Assembly: GCA_026936335.1 (NCBI GenBank)
Contig: JAPMXV010000052.1
Location: 502,063 to 566,062, forward strand
Reading direction: 5' to 3'
DNA length: 64,000 nucleotides
Source: Mantamonas sphyraenae STR306
Taxonomy: Eukaryota > Protista > CRuMs
This document shows positions 45,655 through 56,062 of this stretch, in pieces. Both the position numbers and the translations under genes were made by a program. Under the pieces are notes generated by a model. It searched no databases and had not been told where the DNA came from. It saw only the letters and a list, made by a program, of their open reading frames with translations. The number at the start of each line of letters is the position of its first letter. The stretch's first letter is position 1.

Positions 45655-47792
45655 ATGCCGGGCAAGAAGAAGGGAAACAAAGGCAAAAAGAACGGCCAGG
45701 AGCAAGAGGTGGCAGAGAGTGGAGCAAACTCGCCGGAGCAAACGTCGACGCCGGTGAAAGGAAGCAACAGCGGAGTGTCGTCGTCGACGCCTGGAAGCGT
45801 GCAAGGATCACCCAAGACACCTGCGGGTGGAGCCAACTCGCCGTCTCAACCTGCAGAGAGTCCGATTGCAGGATCTCCGGGGGACAACGCGTCGCGCGGA
45901 GCAGCCAAGGTGGACAACAAGGCGCTGTTCTACTTTTACTGCCGCAGCGGCGCACTGGACAAGATCAAGGAGATGGTGGCCAAGCACGGTACGTAGAGTG
46001 GGCAGTGAGGGAGGGCAGGAGGAGGAAGGAGTGATGGAAAATGGAAAACGGGGGGGGGGAGGGGGGGGCGGTAAGGAAGGAGGCTGACGCGATCAGGACA
46101 CACACGCACACATGCTGGCGGAAAAACCTGGGGTGGGTGGTTTGCAGACACGCTGGACGTGAACGAATCGACACGTGGGTGCACGCCGCTGCACCGTGCT
46201 AGCGCGTTCAATCATGTGGATGTGGCAGAGTACCTGCTGTCGCTAGGCGCGGACGTGGACTCGCTGGACACAAACGGTGAGTTGGAGAAATCGGAGGGAA
46301 AGGGGTTTTGGCGGGCGAGGAGGCAGGGGCGCTGTATGGCGGGCAGGGGAGAGGGGAAGGGTGACGCAAGGAATGGGGACACGGGGAAAGGGAACGAAGA
46401 GTGAACGAGGCAGTGGATGCATAGGCTGACGCAAAGGGCTCATGCACAGAGCGCACGCCGCTGTTTGAGGCGGTGTCGAACGGCAACGTGGAGATGGCGC
46501 GGTTCCTGCTGGAGAACAAGGCAGACCATGGCCACTTTAACCGTGCGGGTGTGACGGTGCAGCATATGGCAGCGACGACGGGGAACGTGGAGATGATGCA
46601 GCTGCTTGTGGATGCCCAGGCGGACATCAACGTGGGCGATGCGATCGTAGGCGCTGCACCGCTGCACTATGCAGCTGAGAAGGGCCATCTGGACGTGGTG
46701 GAGCTGCTGCTGGCAAGTGGGGCGGACATTGACATGCAACGCAAGTACAGTGGAGCAACGCCGCTGATGATGGCGGCGGAGCACGGACATGCCCACGTTG
46801 TTCAGTGTCTGCTTGAGGCTGGCGCCAAGGTGTTTATGCAGAACTCGCTGAAGCGCACGGCGTTGATCCGTGCAGCTGCAAACGGACACCACGAGGTGTG
46901 CAAGGTGCTTGTGGAGCACATGTCGGAGGCCGAGGTGGAACACTTTGACAAGACGGGCATGAACGCGCTGTTTGCGGCGTGCGACACAGGCAACGCAGCG
47001 ACGGTGGAGGTACTGATCCAGAGCGGGTTGAACCCGTTGGCCAAACCAGAGGACATGTACGGCAACCAGGGCAAGACGGCGTTGCACTTTTGTGCGTCGG
47101 AGCGGCCGTCGCCCATGGACGAGTCTGTGACGAGCGAACAGTTTGATCTGGCCAACGAAAACTGGCAGAGTGACGGCCCCGAGAAAATTGGGGCGCTGTT
47201 TTCGTCGGCCAAGCACGAGAGCCCGTCGATCAACGCACGAGACCGCCACAACAACACGCCGCTGCACGCTGCCGCTCAGGCGGGAGACGAGAGGACGGTT
47301 GCTGAGCTTCTGGAGCGTGGAGCGATGGCCAACGCACAGAATGACCACCATCAGACTGCGTTCCACCTGGCTGTGAAGCACAACCGGTTGGAGGTTGTGC
47401 AAACGATGCTGCAAAAGAAGGTGTGGCCGCAGTCGTCGGAGGCGGAGGAGGAAAGCAACGCGCCACTGGCAATTGTGGACAAGACGCTGGAAGACAAGGC
47501 GCAGAAGAAGAACGTGCTGTTGCAGAAGCGCGCACAGGAGATTCGCCACCTTTTGATCAACGACATCTGCGTGAACGACCAGCCAGACACGAGCATGAAC
47601 AACACGACTTTGAACGTGAGCGACATGAGTTCGGACAGCTCTGCGAGTGGAGACGGCTCGGTGGCGGGTGGAAAGGGCAAGAAGAGCGGGAAGGGAGCAG
47701 GGTTTGGCACGTTTCTTCTCACGGCGGTGGTGGTTGGCGCCGGGGCGTTTGCATGGACGCACCGTGAGGAGTTGAAGGAGAGGTTTGAGTGA
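45655..47792 (+). CDS. Multi-ankyrin-repeat protein with C-terminal TM anchor
   Basis: Repeated TPLH/APLHYAA/TPLMMAA/TALIRAA motifs across exons; C-terminal hydrophobic GFGTFLLTAVVVGAGAFAW. Confidence 0.88.
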
Positions 47793-47920
47793 TGGGGCTT
47801 GGGCGAGGAGGGGGAGGAGGGGAAGGAGAAGAAAATGGACACGCGGCGGCGAGGGCAGCCGATTGAGCTTGTTCTTGTTGTGTGGAGACACAGGGGTAGA
47901 TACAGTTGAGCAAAGAGAAA

Positions 47921-49167
47921 ATGTCCAGTGTGCAGCAAGGGTTTGATGAGACGGAGTTGAAGGCGCAGACAGAGAAGTTTGTGGCAGAGTCGTTTGTGCC
48001 GCTTGGGCCGATCCTGGATACGGAGAAGTGCAAGGGGGTGTTGGATGCCGTGTATGCGCAGCGTACGTATGACGGGAGCATATTTTTGACGGAGGAGGAG
48101 TACCGTGCAAATCCGGCGCACGGAAAGGTGAATCCTGGACGCGGCGTGCAAAATCTGAGTGAAGAGGTGAGTGGGGCGCACGGGAGAGGGAGACAGGGTG
48201 ACAGGACGTGGTGGGGTGCAGGGGGCAGCATGGGTGGGAGGGTGTGGGTGCATGGATAGGGAGCGAGGCTGGATGGACAGGATGGGCGTGGGAGGGCGGG
48301 GATGTGGTGGAAGGTGCAGGAAGCAACTGACAGGTAACGGTTGGGCGGCGCAGATGGATCTGGCATTCATTGAGGAGAATGCAAAGTTTGTTGGGGCGGT
48401 GGAAAACGCGCTGGGCAAGGATTATGAACTGGTGCTGAAGAAGTTTGTGTGCGGGTAAGTCGGTGGGGAAGGCGGTTGTGTGGCGCGAGTACGGGAAAAC
48501 GTTTGCCGAGGCTGACGGTGGCGACGGCGTTGACAGGGTTCCAGAGTCGTGGATGCCCGAGTGGCTGTTGAAGGAGACAGAGGGACTGGGAGTGGCGAAT
48601 CTGGGAGGGTACATCAAGCCGGAGTACCGAAACCTGACGTACTTTCACGGAATCGACTTTCACCAGGACATGATCGATTTCGGAGGGGAGATCGCAGACA
48701 TGATCACGGTGTACGTGTACCTGGACGAGGTTGGGCGAGACTGCTCGCCGTTGTTTGTGGTGCCCGGAAGCCACACGTACGGCATCACAACGTTTCCGCA
48801 CGACATCACGGTTTCCGAGAGCGGAGAGACGCTGACGTACCGAGATGATGAAGGGAAGCGAGCGCAGGAGCTGCCTCTACAGTGTGTGACGGGCGGCGGT
48901 GGGACGGTGGCGTACTGGCACGGGCTGACGCTGCACGGGACGCAGCCACACACGGCAAAGAAAGAGCGGATCTCGTTGCGGTACATCTTTCGCAAGGGAG
49001 GCGGAGGGGAACCGTGTGCACTGGACGCGTTGATGGCAAACATCGAGGGAGAGCTGGAGGCGGAGGTGACGCGGCTGGATCTTGCGGACACGGAGCGGTA
49101 CTTGCCGAAGGAGGAGATGCGGGGGAATCACATCAACCAGGTGCAAATGGAGGAAATGAAAGGGTGA
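47921..49167 (+). CDS. Fe(II)/2OG dioxygenase of the phytanoyl-CoA dioxygenase (PhyH) family (3 exons)
   Basis: FHQD (HxD), ITVYVYLD, LFVVPGSH and TLHGT...ERISLR. Confidence 0.8.
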
Positions 49168-50451
49168 TCAGTCGTGGGTGTGCTTGAGGGCTCTGTTGAG
49201 CATGGCCGGGGCGGCGAGGGTGGCAAGGAGAAGGGCCCAGACGGTGACGCTGACGTGAAAGGCGTCGACAAGGCGCAGGCGGAAGGCCTCACTGATCATG
49301 AGGAAGCCAAGTTCGCCGCGGCCGACAACGGCGCAGGAAACGGGCAGGCGCTGGCCTGGAGGAGCCCAGAGGCCGCTGAGCATTTTGGAGACGATCGCGA
49401 CGAGGGTGTTGAGAAGGCCGAGGAGGAGGGCATGGGTGGCAAAGAGGCTGGCAATGGGGACTTGGAGGCCGATGGCGACAAAGAACATGGCGACAAGCCA
49501 GTGGACGACGGGCTGTGCATGCTGGTCAAAGAGAGTGACGACGGCGGGGATCTCGCTGAGGGCGACACCAGCAGCAAAGACACCGAGGAGATGGGTGGTG
49601 CCTGCAGCAAGGGAAGCGAGGGCGAGAGCAGCAGCAAAGGCAAGGGAGGCCGGTAGGAGGAACGGAGGGGCGGGAGTGGTTGTGGGCGAGGATGGTTTGG
49701 AGCCGGGAGATGGGGTGACGGAGGAGGGGCGGGAGTGCGAGAGTTGGAAGCGTGTGTAGAGGGTGGCGAGATGGCGAGCGGCAAAGACGCCAAAGAGGAT
49801 GGTGAGGGCAGAGACGAGGATTGGCTGTGCGATGCGCCACGGGAGTGTGGCCGGGTCGCGGGAGACGTCGACGAGGGTGGAGACGACAGCGAGGATGATG
49901 AGAGAGAGGACATCGTCGATGATTGCGGCGCTGGAGATGAGGGAGCCGAGGGGTGTGTCGAGGACGTTTTCGTGCTGGAGCATCTGGACGGCCATGCCGA
50001 TGGCGGTGGAGGAGAGGGCGGTGCCACTGACGAGGGCTGGGAGGTGAGGATGGCCAAAGAGGAGGAGGAGGGCATAGCCGAGGAGCAGTGGGAGGATGGT
50101 GCCTGTGGTGCCGACGGCCACTGCGCGGAGGCCTACGGCACGTAGTTGGTGGACACGGATGGTGAGGGCACCTCGAAAGACGAGAAGCATGAGACCAAGA
50201 TGACCAGCGACGTGGACGGCCTGAGCGACAGAGTTTGCGCGCAGCCAGAGCTGGAGAAGCATGCCGGCGAGAACTTGGCCGCAGAGCGCAGAGTGGAGGC
50301 GGTCGAAGAAGATGGAGAGGAGCCAGGCAAGGGCGACGGTGGAGACGGCCTGGAGAGAGGAGGAGGAGGGTGGCCATGGTGCAATGAAAGTGCAATGAGA
50401 CTGGTGTGCGTGGCGCGGAGCAGCTGAACGCTTGCGGAGAAAAAGAGTCAT
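49168..50451 (-). CDS. CPA2-type Na+(K+)/H+ antiporter family membrane protein (start uncertain)
   Basis: About 12 hydrophobic segments, with LSSTAIG, SAAIIDDVLSLIIL, LGVFAAG, FFVAIG and GRGELG motifs. Confidence 0.82.
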   Translation of the reverse strand: MTLFLRKRSAAPRHAHQSHCTFIAPWPPSSSSLQAVSTVALAWLLSIFFDRLHSALCGQVLAGMLLQLWLRANSVAQAVHVAGHLGLMLLVFRGALTIRVHQLRAVGLRAVAVGTTGTILPLLLGYALLLLFGHPHLPALVSGTALSSTAIGMAVQMLQHENVLDTPLGSLISSAAIIDDVLSLIILAVVSTLVDVSRDPATLPWRIAQPILVSALTILFGVFAARHLATLYTRFQLSHSRPSSVTPSPGSKPSSPTTTPAPPFLLPASLAFAAALALASLAAGTTHLLGVFAAGVALSEIPAVVTLFDQHAQPVVHWLVAMFFVAIGLQVPIASLFATHALLLGLLNTLVAIVSKMLSGLWAPPGQRLPVSCAVVGRGELGFLMISEAFRLRLVDAFHVSVTVWALLLATLAAPAMLNRALKHTHD

Positions 50452-50992
50452 GGCAGTGCGGTTGGCATTGATTGGACTGTTGTCGTTTCTGTTTATGTTT
50501 GCTGGAGTGGTGAAGGTGTCGCCGAAGCTGAATCCAGAGTTTCACAAGGAGGTGACGGAGTCGTTTGTCGGGTACACGGAAGTGCTGAACCGGGAGCTTG
50601 CGGCGAGCCCGTATCTGGCGCAGTACGGGGTTCAAGTGAAGGCGGCGGACTTTCAGATGTTTGCAGGAGTGCTGGAAGTGACGTGTGCATCTCTGATGCT
50701 GCTGGGGTACGTGACGCTGGGAGCGTTTCTGCTGACATGCAACGTGATTTCTGCGACTCTGCTGCACATTGCAAAGAACGAGATGGAGCACATCAAGGTG
50801 CCGTCTGTGCTGCTGCTGCTGCTGCTTGTGCTGCAGCTGAAGTACAACAAGGCAGGACGTGAAGCAACGGCAGGGGAGGGCAGCGCAGCGAGCACGAGCT
50901 CTTCGGGCAAGAAGGCAGCGGGAGCGGGCAAGAAGGCGGCGGCTGGCAAGAAGGCAGGCGGTGGCAAGAAGAAGGTGGCCAAGGTGGAGTGA
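50450..50992 (+). CDS. TMEM35/NACHO-like (DoxX family) membrane protein
   Basis: LFMFAGVVKVSPKLNPEFHKEV...F..Y, GVLEVTCASLMLLG, four TM segments and a Lys-rich tail. Confidence 0.65.
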   Translation: MAVRLALIGLLSFLFMFAGVVKVSPKLNPEFHKEVTESFVGYTEVLNRELAASPYLAQYGVQVKAADFQMFAGVLEVTCASLMLLGYVTLGAFLLTCNVISATLLHIAKNEMEHIKVPSVLLLLLLVLQLKYNKAGREATAGEGSAASTSSSGKKAAGAGKKAAAGKKAGGGKKKVAKVE

Positions 50993-51114
50993 GTGCTGGG
51001 GCAAGGTTGCGCAAGGCAGGAATGAATGGGAGGAAAAAAACGAGGGGAGGGGAGGTGCGAAGGCGCAGCCAAACGTAGAGTGAGAGCAGACGTGGTCGGT
51101 TGAGGTTGCTGTTG

Positions 51115-51840
51115 ATGTCGTCAAACTATCCAAAGTATCGCATTGCGCTGGAGGTAGGACGTACGCAGGTGGACGACGCTCTGCACGCTGTGTTGCACAC
51201 GATTGTGTTCAACCGGAGTCTTGGGGATGTGGAGCCTGTGGTGGAGGAGTGTGACGGGTTGCAATTGAGCTATGTGAGTTGGGGGAGGCGGCGGCGGGGC
51301 TTAGGGGGCCGAAGAGGAAGGTGGGGAGGTTTGTTTGTGGAGTTTGGAATGGCTGACTCGGAAAGTGGACGGACGCAGTGTCGGGCAGAGGACGACAATG
51401 CGTTGACTCGTATCAACAAGGGGGTGGTGGAAGTGCTGCATCGGCTAGACGAGGCAGCGATGAAGGCGCAGCGGGAGAGGCGGAAGGGGGATCTGCAGGT
51501 GGAGCTGAATGTGCAGTTCTTTGAAGAGCAAACGGAAAGCGGGTTCATGGGAAAGACGGTGCGGCATATCGTGTGGGAGGAGTGGGCGGTGACACTGCGT
51601 GTGGTGTCGCTGAGTGGCCTGTCGGAGGAGGCACTGGACGCACAGCGGGAGGCGGTGGAAGAGGCAGTGCGGGAACAGATGCTGGCAGTGATAGAGTACG
51701 CGCAGGAGACGAGCGACAACCCGTACCTGCCAGAGATGAGGAATAACCGAGATTCGTACTTGTGGGAGATTGTATTTCCGACACAGAGTGCGTTGTCGTT
51801 GTTTGACCAAGCGACAAAGCTGTTTGATTTGACGGGGTGA
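51115..51840 (+). CDS. ATG101: Autophagy protein ATG101 (HORMA domain; intron 51274-51378)
   Basis: QVDDALHAVLHTIVFNRSLG.V.P, LSY|C, VQFFE and IVWEEW follow the ATG101 consensus. Confidence 0.82.
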   Translation: MSSNYPKYRIALEVGRTQVDDALHAVLHTIVFNRSLGDVEPVVEECDGLQLSYVSWGRRRRGLGGRRGRWGGLFVEFGMADSESGRTQCRAEDDNALTRINKGVVEVLHRLDEAAMKAQRERRKGDLQVELNVQFFEEQTESGFMGKTVRHIVWEEWAVTLRVVSLSGLSEEALDAQREAVEEAVREQMLAVIEYAQETSDNPYLPEMRNNRDSYLWEIVFPTQSALSLFDQATKLFDLTG

Positions 51841-51869
51841 GGTTGTGGGGCCGCACATGTGTGTTTGGG

Positions 51870-53538
51870 TTAGGGCGCGACATTGGACATCTCTTCTTTT
51901 GAGGTTTTGGGGTCGTGGCTGAGCTTGCGGTGTTTTGCGTAGAAGAGGGCGGTGGAGATGATGGAAGCGAGGAGACCCAAGACAAAGGCAATGGAGAGGA
52001 ACTCCTGGGAGACAGCAGGCTGGGACTGCTTGACGCGGAGCGGAGTGGTGACATAAGAAAGGTAGACGACGGAGGAGACGCAGTAGATGCCGGCGACGCT
52101 GATCATGGGGAAAGTGGACCATCGGTCCTCCTGGACGGCGGTCACAATGAACACGCCCTCGCGGCGCTCGAGCCACTGGGAAATGAACTCTGTGATAATT
52201 TTGCCGAGAGCCATGATGATGGAATTGGTCATGAGTTGGCCCGGGTTGGAGCTGCTGCGGCAGGACTCGGCAAAGGAAAGGGATGGACAGTGGCTGGACC
52301 AGACGATGAGGAGGATGGGCAGGGAGATGATGGCGCCGACGTCCATGATAAAGGTGTCGCGAGAGTGGTGAGCGGAGAGATAGCGCTGTTGAAGGCGGAA
52401 ATCGGCGTCTACTTCGTCGGCCTTTGCGAGACCTGCAAAGAAGGGAAAGGTGCGTGCGATCCAAAAGCGGATGCGTAGAAAGAGGCCGCGAGAGAAAATC
52501 TCTGTGATGGAGGTGAAGAGGGTGATGAGGACGACGTTGTCGACGAGGGAGACGCTGGCGACCAGCACTCGGGAGACGGTTACGCTCATGCTGTCGAGCA
52601 TGGAAAGGAGGCCGTGGGATTGATGGACGCCGCCGGTGTAGCTGATGGCGATCTTTGCAAGATGGGTGCCGTCTGGAAAGGGGGAAGGGCAGGGTGAGTA
52701 GGTGAGTGTGTACGTGGAGGGAGAGAGGGCGACTTACAGCTGAGAACGACGTAGAAGAGGCCTCGTTGGAGGATGAGGAGAAGGGTGACGCTGATGGGAT
52801 CCCTGATGTACTGGACCATGAGTCCAAAGACGACGTTGACGAGGATTTCTGAGGGTTGGAGGGGGTTTGTGAGTGGGAGGAGACAGAGCGGGAAGGGGTG
52901 GGGTGGGGTGGGGTGGGGTGGGAGGATCACGTACCGATGATGTAAAAGGAAAATGTGATTGCCGAGACGGTGTAGGCCCAGGTGAACATGTGGTAGCGAT
53001 TGTCCGAGAGCGGGCGGGAGTGGAAGTAGATGACAAACGGAGTGAGGACGTCTGCGATGGCCGCAACTGCCGGGGTGGAGTCGAGAAGGTGCCAGCCAAG
53101 GCCGTAGGTGATGACAAGCTGGGCAACGAGGACGGCAAGGCGAAAGCAGACGACAGGGACGATCATTTTGAAGCCGAGGAAGCCGAAGCAGCGAAGTACG
53201 AGAAGGATCCACCACAAGGCGCGGAGGTGCGGGAGCAGAAAGAAGGTTTGGCTGATGGCAGAGGAGTAGTCCAGGGTATCTGTGCGCAATCCAGAAAAGA
53301 TGGAGCCCCAGGCAAGGACAATGCCGCCGTAGAGACATCCCTGGGCGACGAGGAAGAGATGTGTGCGCCAGTGAGGAAAACGGGGCTCTTGGGTCTCTGT
53401 TCCCTCGTTTTCCTCGATGGGCACGGAGGGAAAGTAGCGGGACTTGGCACGCTCGACGATGGAGGCAGAGCGCGAGGGGGTGTACTGGGACATGCGCTTG
53501 TCTCGTGGCGCGGGTTGGTCGTCGTCGTGGGGCGGCAT
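51870..53538 (-). CDS. Multi-pass membrane protein of unknown function (multi-exon)
   Basis: Many hydrophobic segments across ORFs 52927-53538, ~52738-52848 and 51870-52601, joined by pyrimidine-rich GT-AG introns. Confidence 0.6.
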
Positions 53539-53632
53539 GGCGAAGGGAAACGGACGTGGGTTTGCGCGGTTTGTTTGGTTTGCTGTGCGTTTCATGCGAC
53601 ATGGCAGCCAACAGAAAAGCAAAGAACCCACG

Positions 53633-54802
53633 ATGGCAAAGACAGCACTGCTCGTTATTCTTGCCCTTTTGGCCTGCAGCATGATTGCGCACGCCGAGGA
53701 GGCTGTGGTCGACGCGTCGGCGGTGGAGGAATCCACAAACGAGGTGTCGGACGACAGCATGGCGGAGGATCTGGAGGACACGGAGGACTCGGAGGCGACG
53801 GACGATGCTGACTCGAGGTGAGTGACCGCGATGCGAACACTGGAGCGGGGAACGCAGGAGAGGGCGAGAAGGCGAGCTCCGCCACGAAAAAAAAAGGGTG
53901 ATGCTGGAACATGCGTGCCACACAGCGTGTATGCGGAGGAGGACGTATGGGGGGTTGCAGATGGGCGCGATGAGTGGCCACTGGAGGTTTGCAGGCGTTG
54001 ATATTTGCGGACAGAAGAGAATGGGTGTTGAGAAGGCGTGGGGGGCCAACGTGTCGGGTGGGGCTGAGGGAAAAATTGCAGCCCGAAAAAGCGGGAGGCA
54101 GGATGGGAGGCTAACACGAGAGGGGTGCACAGCGAGAAGGACAGCGATGCGGAAGCAACTGCAGAAGACGATCTGAGCAGCAGCGAGGGAGACGAATACG
54201 ACGAGAGCGAATGGGCAGGCGTCGTGGCCGACTCGGACAAGGATTCGGACAAGAACTTCTGGGGCCGGTTCCGGTTCCGGTTCCGACGCTTCCGCTTCCC
54301 TGCGATCCGCATCCCGAAGCCTAAGCCGACGCCGAAGCCAACGCCGAAGCCGCAGCCGACGATCAAGTGCGACCCTGCGAAGCTGCCCGCAGCAATCAAG
54401 AAGAACATGAAAGCGTACAACAAGATCCCTGCGTGCGGTCGCCCGTGCAACGGCTGGCTGCCCAAGTGCCGCCCGGAGACGTGCGGTACCGCGGCATGCA
54501 ACGGCTGCGAGGATATGTGCAAGAAGTACCGTGCTCGTGGCACGACCGATGGTCAGGTGCTGAACGAGATTGAGAACCGCATCCTGCGCAACAAGGTGCC
54601 GCCTCGTCGAAGCAGCTGCAAGCCAGGCAAACCATGCACCAAGGTCTTCCATTCGTTCTGGAACAGCGTGTTCAACGTTGCCGATGAGGACGAGTCGGAG
54701 GACGAGGCGGAGGTGGCCGACTTTGCCTTTGAGGACGACGATGACGAGGATGCGGATGTGCTCGACAGCGAGTCGACCGAGTCGGATGCCGACGAGGTTT
54801 AA
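53633..54802 (+). CDS. Secreted acidic protein with a central cationic, Cys-rich segment (intron 53818-54132)
   Basis: Signal peptide MAKTALLVILALLACSMIAHA; D/E-rich flanks; central FWGRFRFRFRRFRF, (PKPT)n and 10 Cys. Confidence 0.7.
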
Positions 54803-54830
54803 GATTTGTTTGGGTTGTGTGAGAGAAGAA

Positions 54831-55742
54831 ATGGAATGCGGTGGTGTGGATTTCGGCGAAACGTTCTGCGCGCTGTGGAGGCAAGCGCAAATGGCCACAG
54901 CAACATCCGCCCGCTCCAAATCGGGTGTTTGCGGACAGATTGGCGTGTATGCAGCGATGGTGTTGCTTGTGCTGTGTGTCTCGCTGTTCCTGGTGGCCGT
55001 TGCATTTCCTGCAAACCCGGCAGCTGGGGAAGGAACGCTTCAAGCAGGCGCCGTGGTGTCTCTGATCGCGTCGGGGATCTTGGTTCTGCTCTGCGGCTGT
55101 GTGTGGAAGCGCGACGTTAACCGACGGTGGCGCGAGAGTTGGAATGATGTCGATTTCGAGAAAGACGTCCAGCTCACGGCTGTGGAAGGTTTGGGCGAGA
55201 GGAGCCTGCCCTCCAAGAAGGCTACGGCGAAGCTGCTGGTGCTGAGAGTCGGCTTGCCTCTGTTTGACCTCATCACCGACATTCTGCTGCTCAACAAGGT
55301 CCTGGGTGCATGCTACGTTGCCCTCTCAGGGAGCGACGACCCCATTGTCGTCCTCACACAAATTCTGGCGGGCACGAGCACGGTCGTAGGGGCCTTTGTG
55401 TTTTGCTTCTTCCTCACAAACGTTGCCAAGTCTGTTCGTGGGCGCGATGCAGAGGTCGATTCGCCGTGGGAGGCGGTAGTTCGGCATCTGGCCCGGGCGG
55501 CGACTCGGGAAGAAGTGACCGTGTCGCGCAGCGGGTGCGCGGACGCCAACCGGGCACGCAAGATGCGTTTGCTGCAGATTTTTGGCGAAGATGTGCTGCA
55601 GGTGGTGGTTGGGTTTTTTGTTTTTCTCAACGACCCGATCCTAGATATCCAAGTGCTGCTGTCGGTTGTGGTTTCGCTCGTGGCGATCATGCGCGTGCTC
55701 GTGCTTGAGCTTCCCTCCTGTGTCCTGCATTCTTCTGTGTGA
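54831..55742 (+). CDS. Hypothetical multi-TM protein
   Basis: 303-codon ORF from ATG 54831 with about 6 hydrophobic segments; motifs LFDLITDILL and FGEDVLQ. Confidence 0.6.
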   Translation: MECGGVDFGETFCALWRQAQMATATSARSKSGVCGQIGVYAAMVLLVLCVSLFLVAVAFPANPAAGEGTLQAGAVVSLIASGILVLLCGCVWKRDVNRRWRESWNDVDFEKDVQLTAVEGLGERSLPSKKATAKLLVLRVGLPLFDLITDILLLNKVLGACYVALSGSDDPIVVLTQILAGTSTVVGAFVFCFFLTNVAKSVRGRDAEVDSPWEAVVRHLARAATREEVTVSRSGCADANRARKMRLLQIFGEDVLQVVVGFFVFLNDPILDIQVLLSVVVSLVAIMRVLVLELPSCVLHSSV

Positions 55743-56062
55743 TCGTTCGTGAAGATGAGGAGGGGCAGGAAGAAATGGCGCTGGAAGGGCAAGTGCTCGG
55801 CTGCACGCCGCCGCAGGTGTTTTTCGCGCTGGCCTTCATGGCCGCTTCAGCACTGTTCATTGTTTTGTTGAATGTGAACGCGTCAGGTGGGGGGATTCAA
55901 TTGGTGTCGAGTGAGGCGGGGAAGTGTTGAGGTTAGTGGGTGGGTGGGGGAGGGGTCGGGAGTGACGGGAGATGAGGCACGCAGGCCTGCCCCACTGAGA
56001 GTAGCGTCTCGAATTGTGGAGGGAGAGGTGTGAATGGGAGATTGTGGGAATGAAGGGGTGGT

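Noticed and set aside
55774-55930. Short hydrophobic ORF MALEGQVLGC... downstream of the TM gene
   Set aside because: Only about 50 codons with no recognisable family; cannot be supported as a gene.
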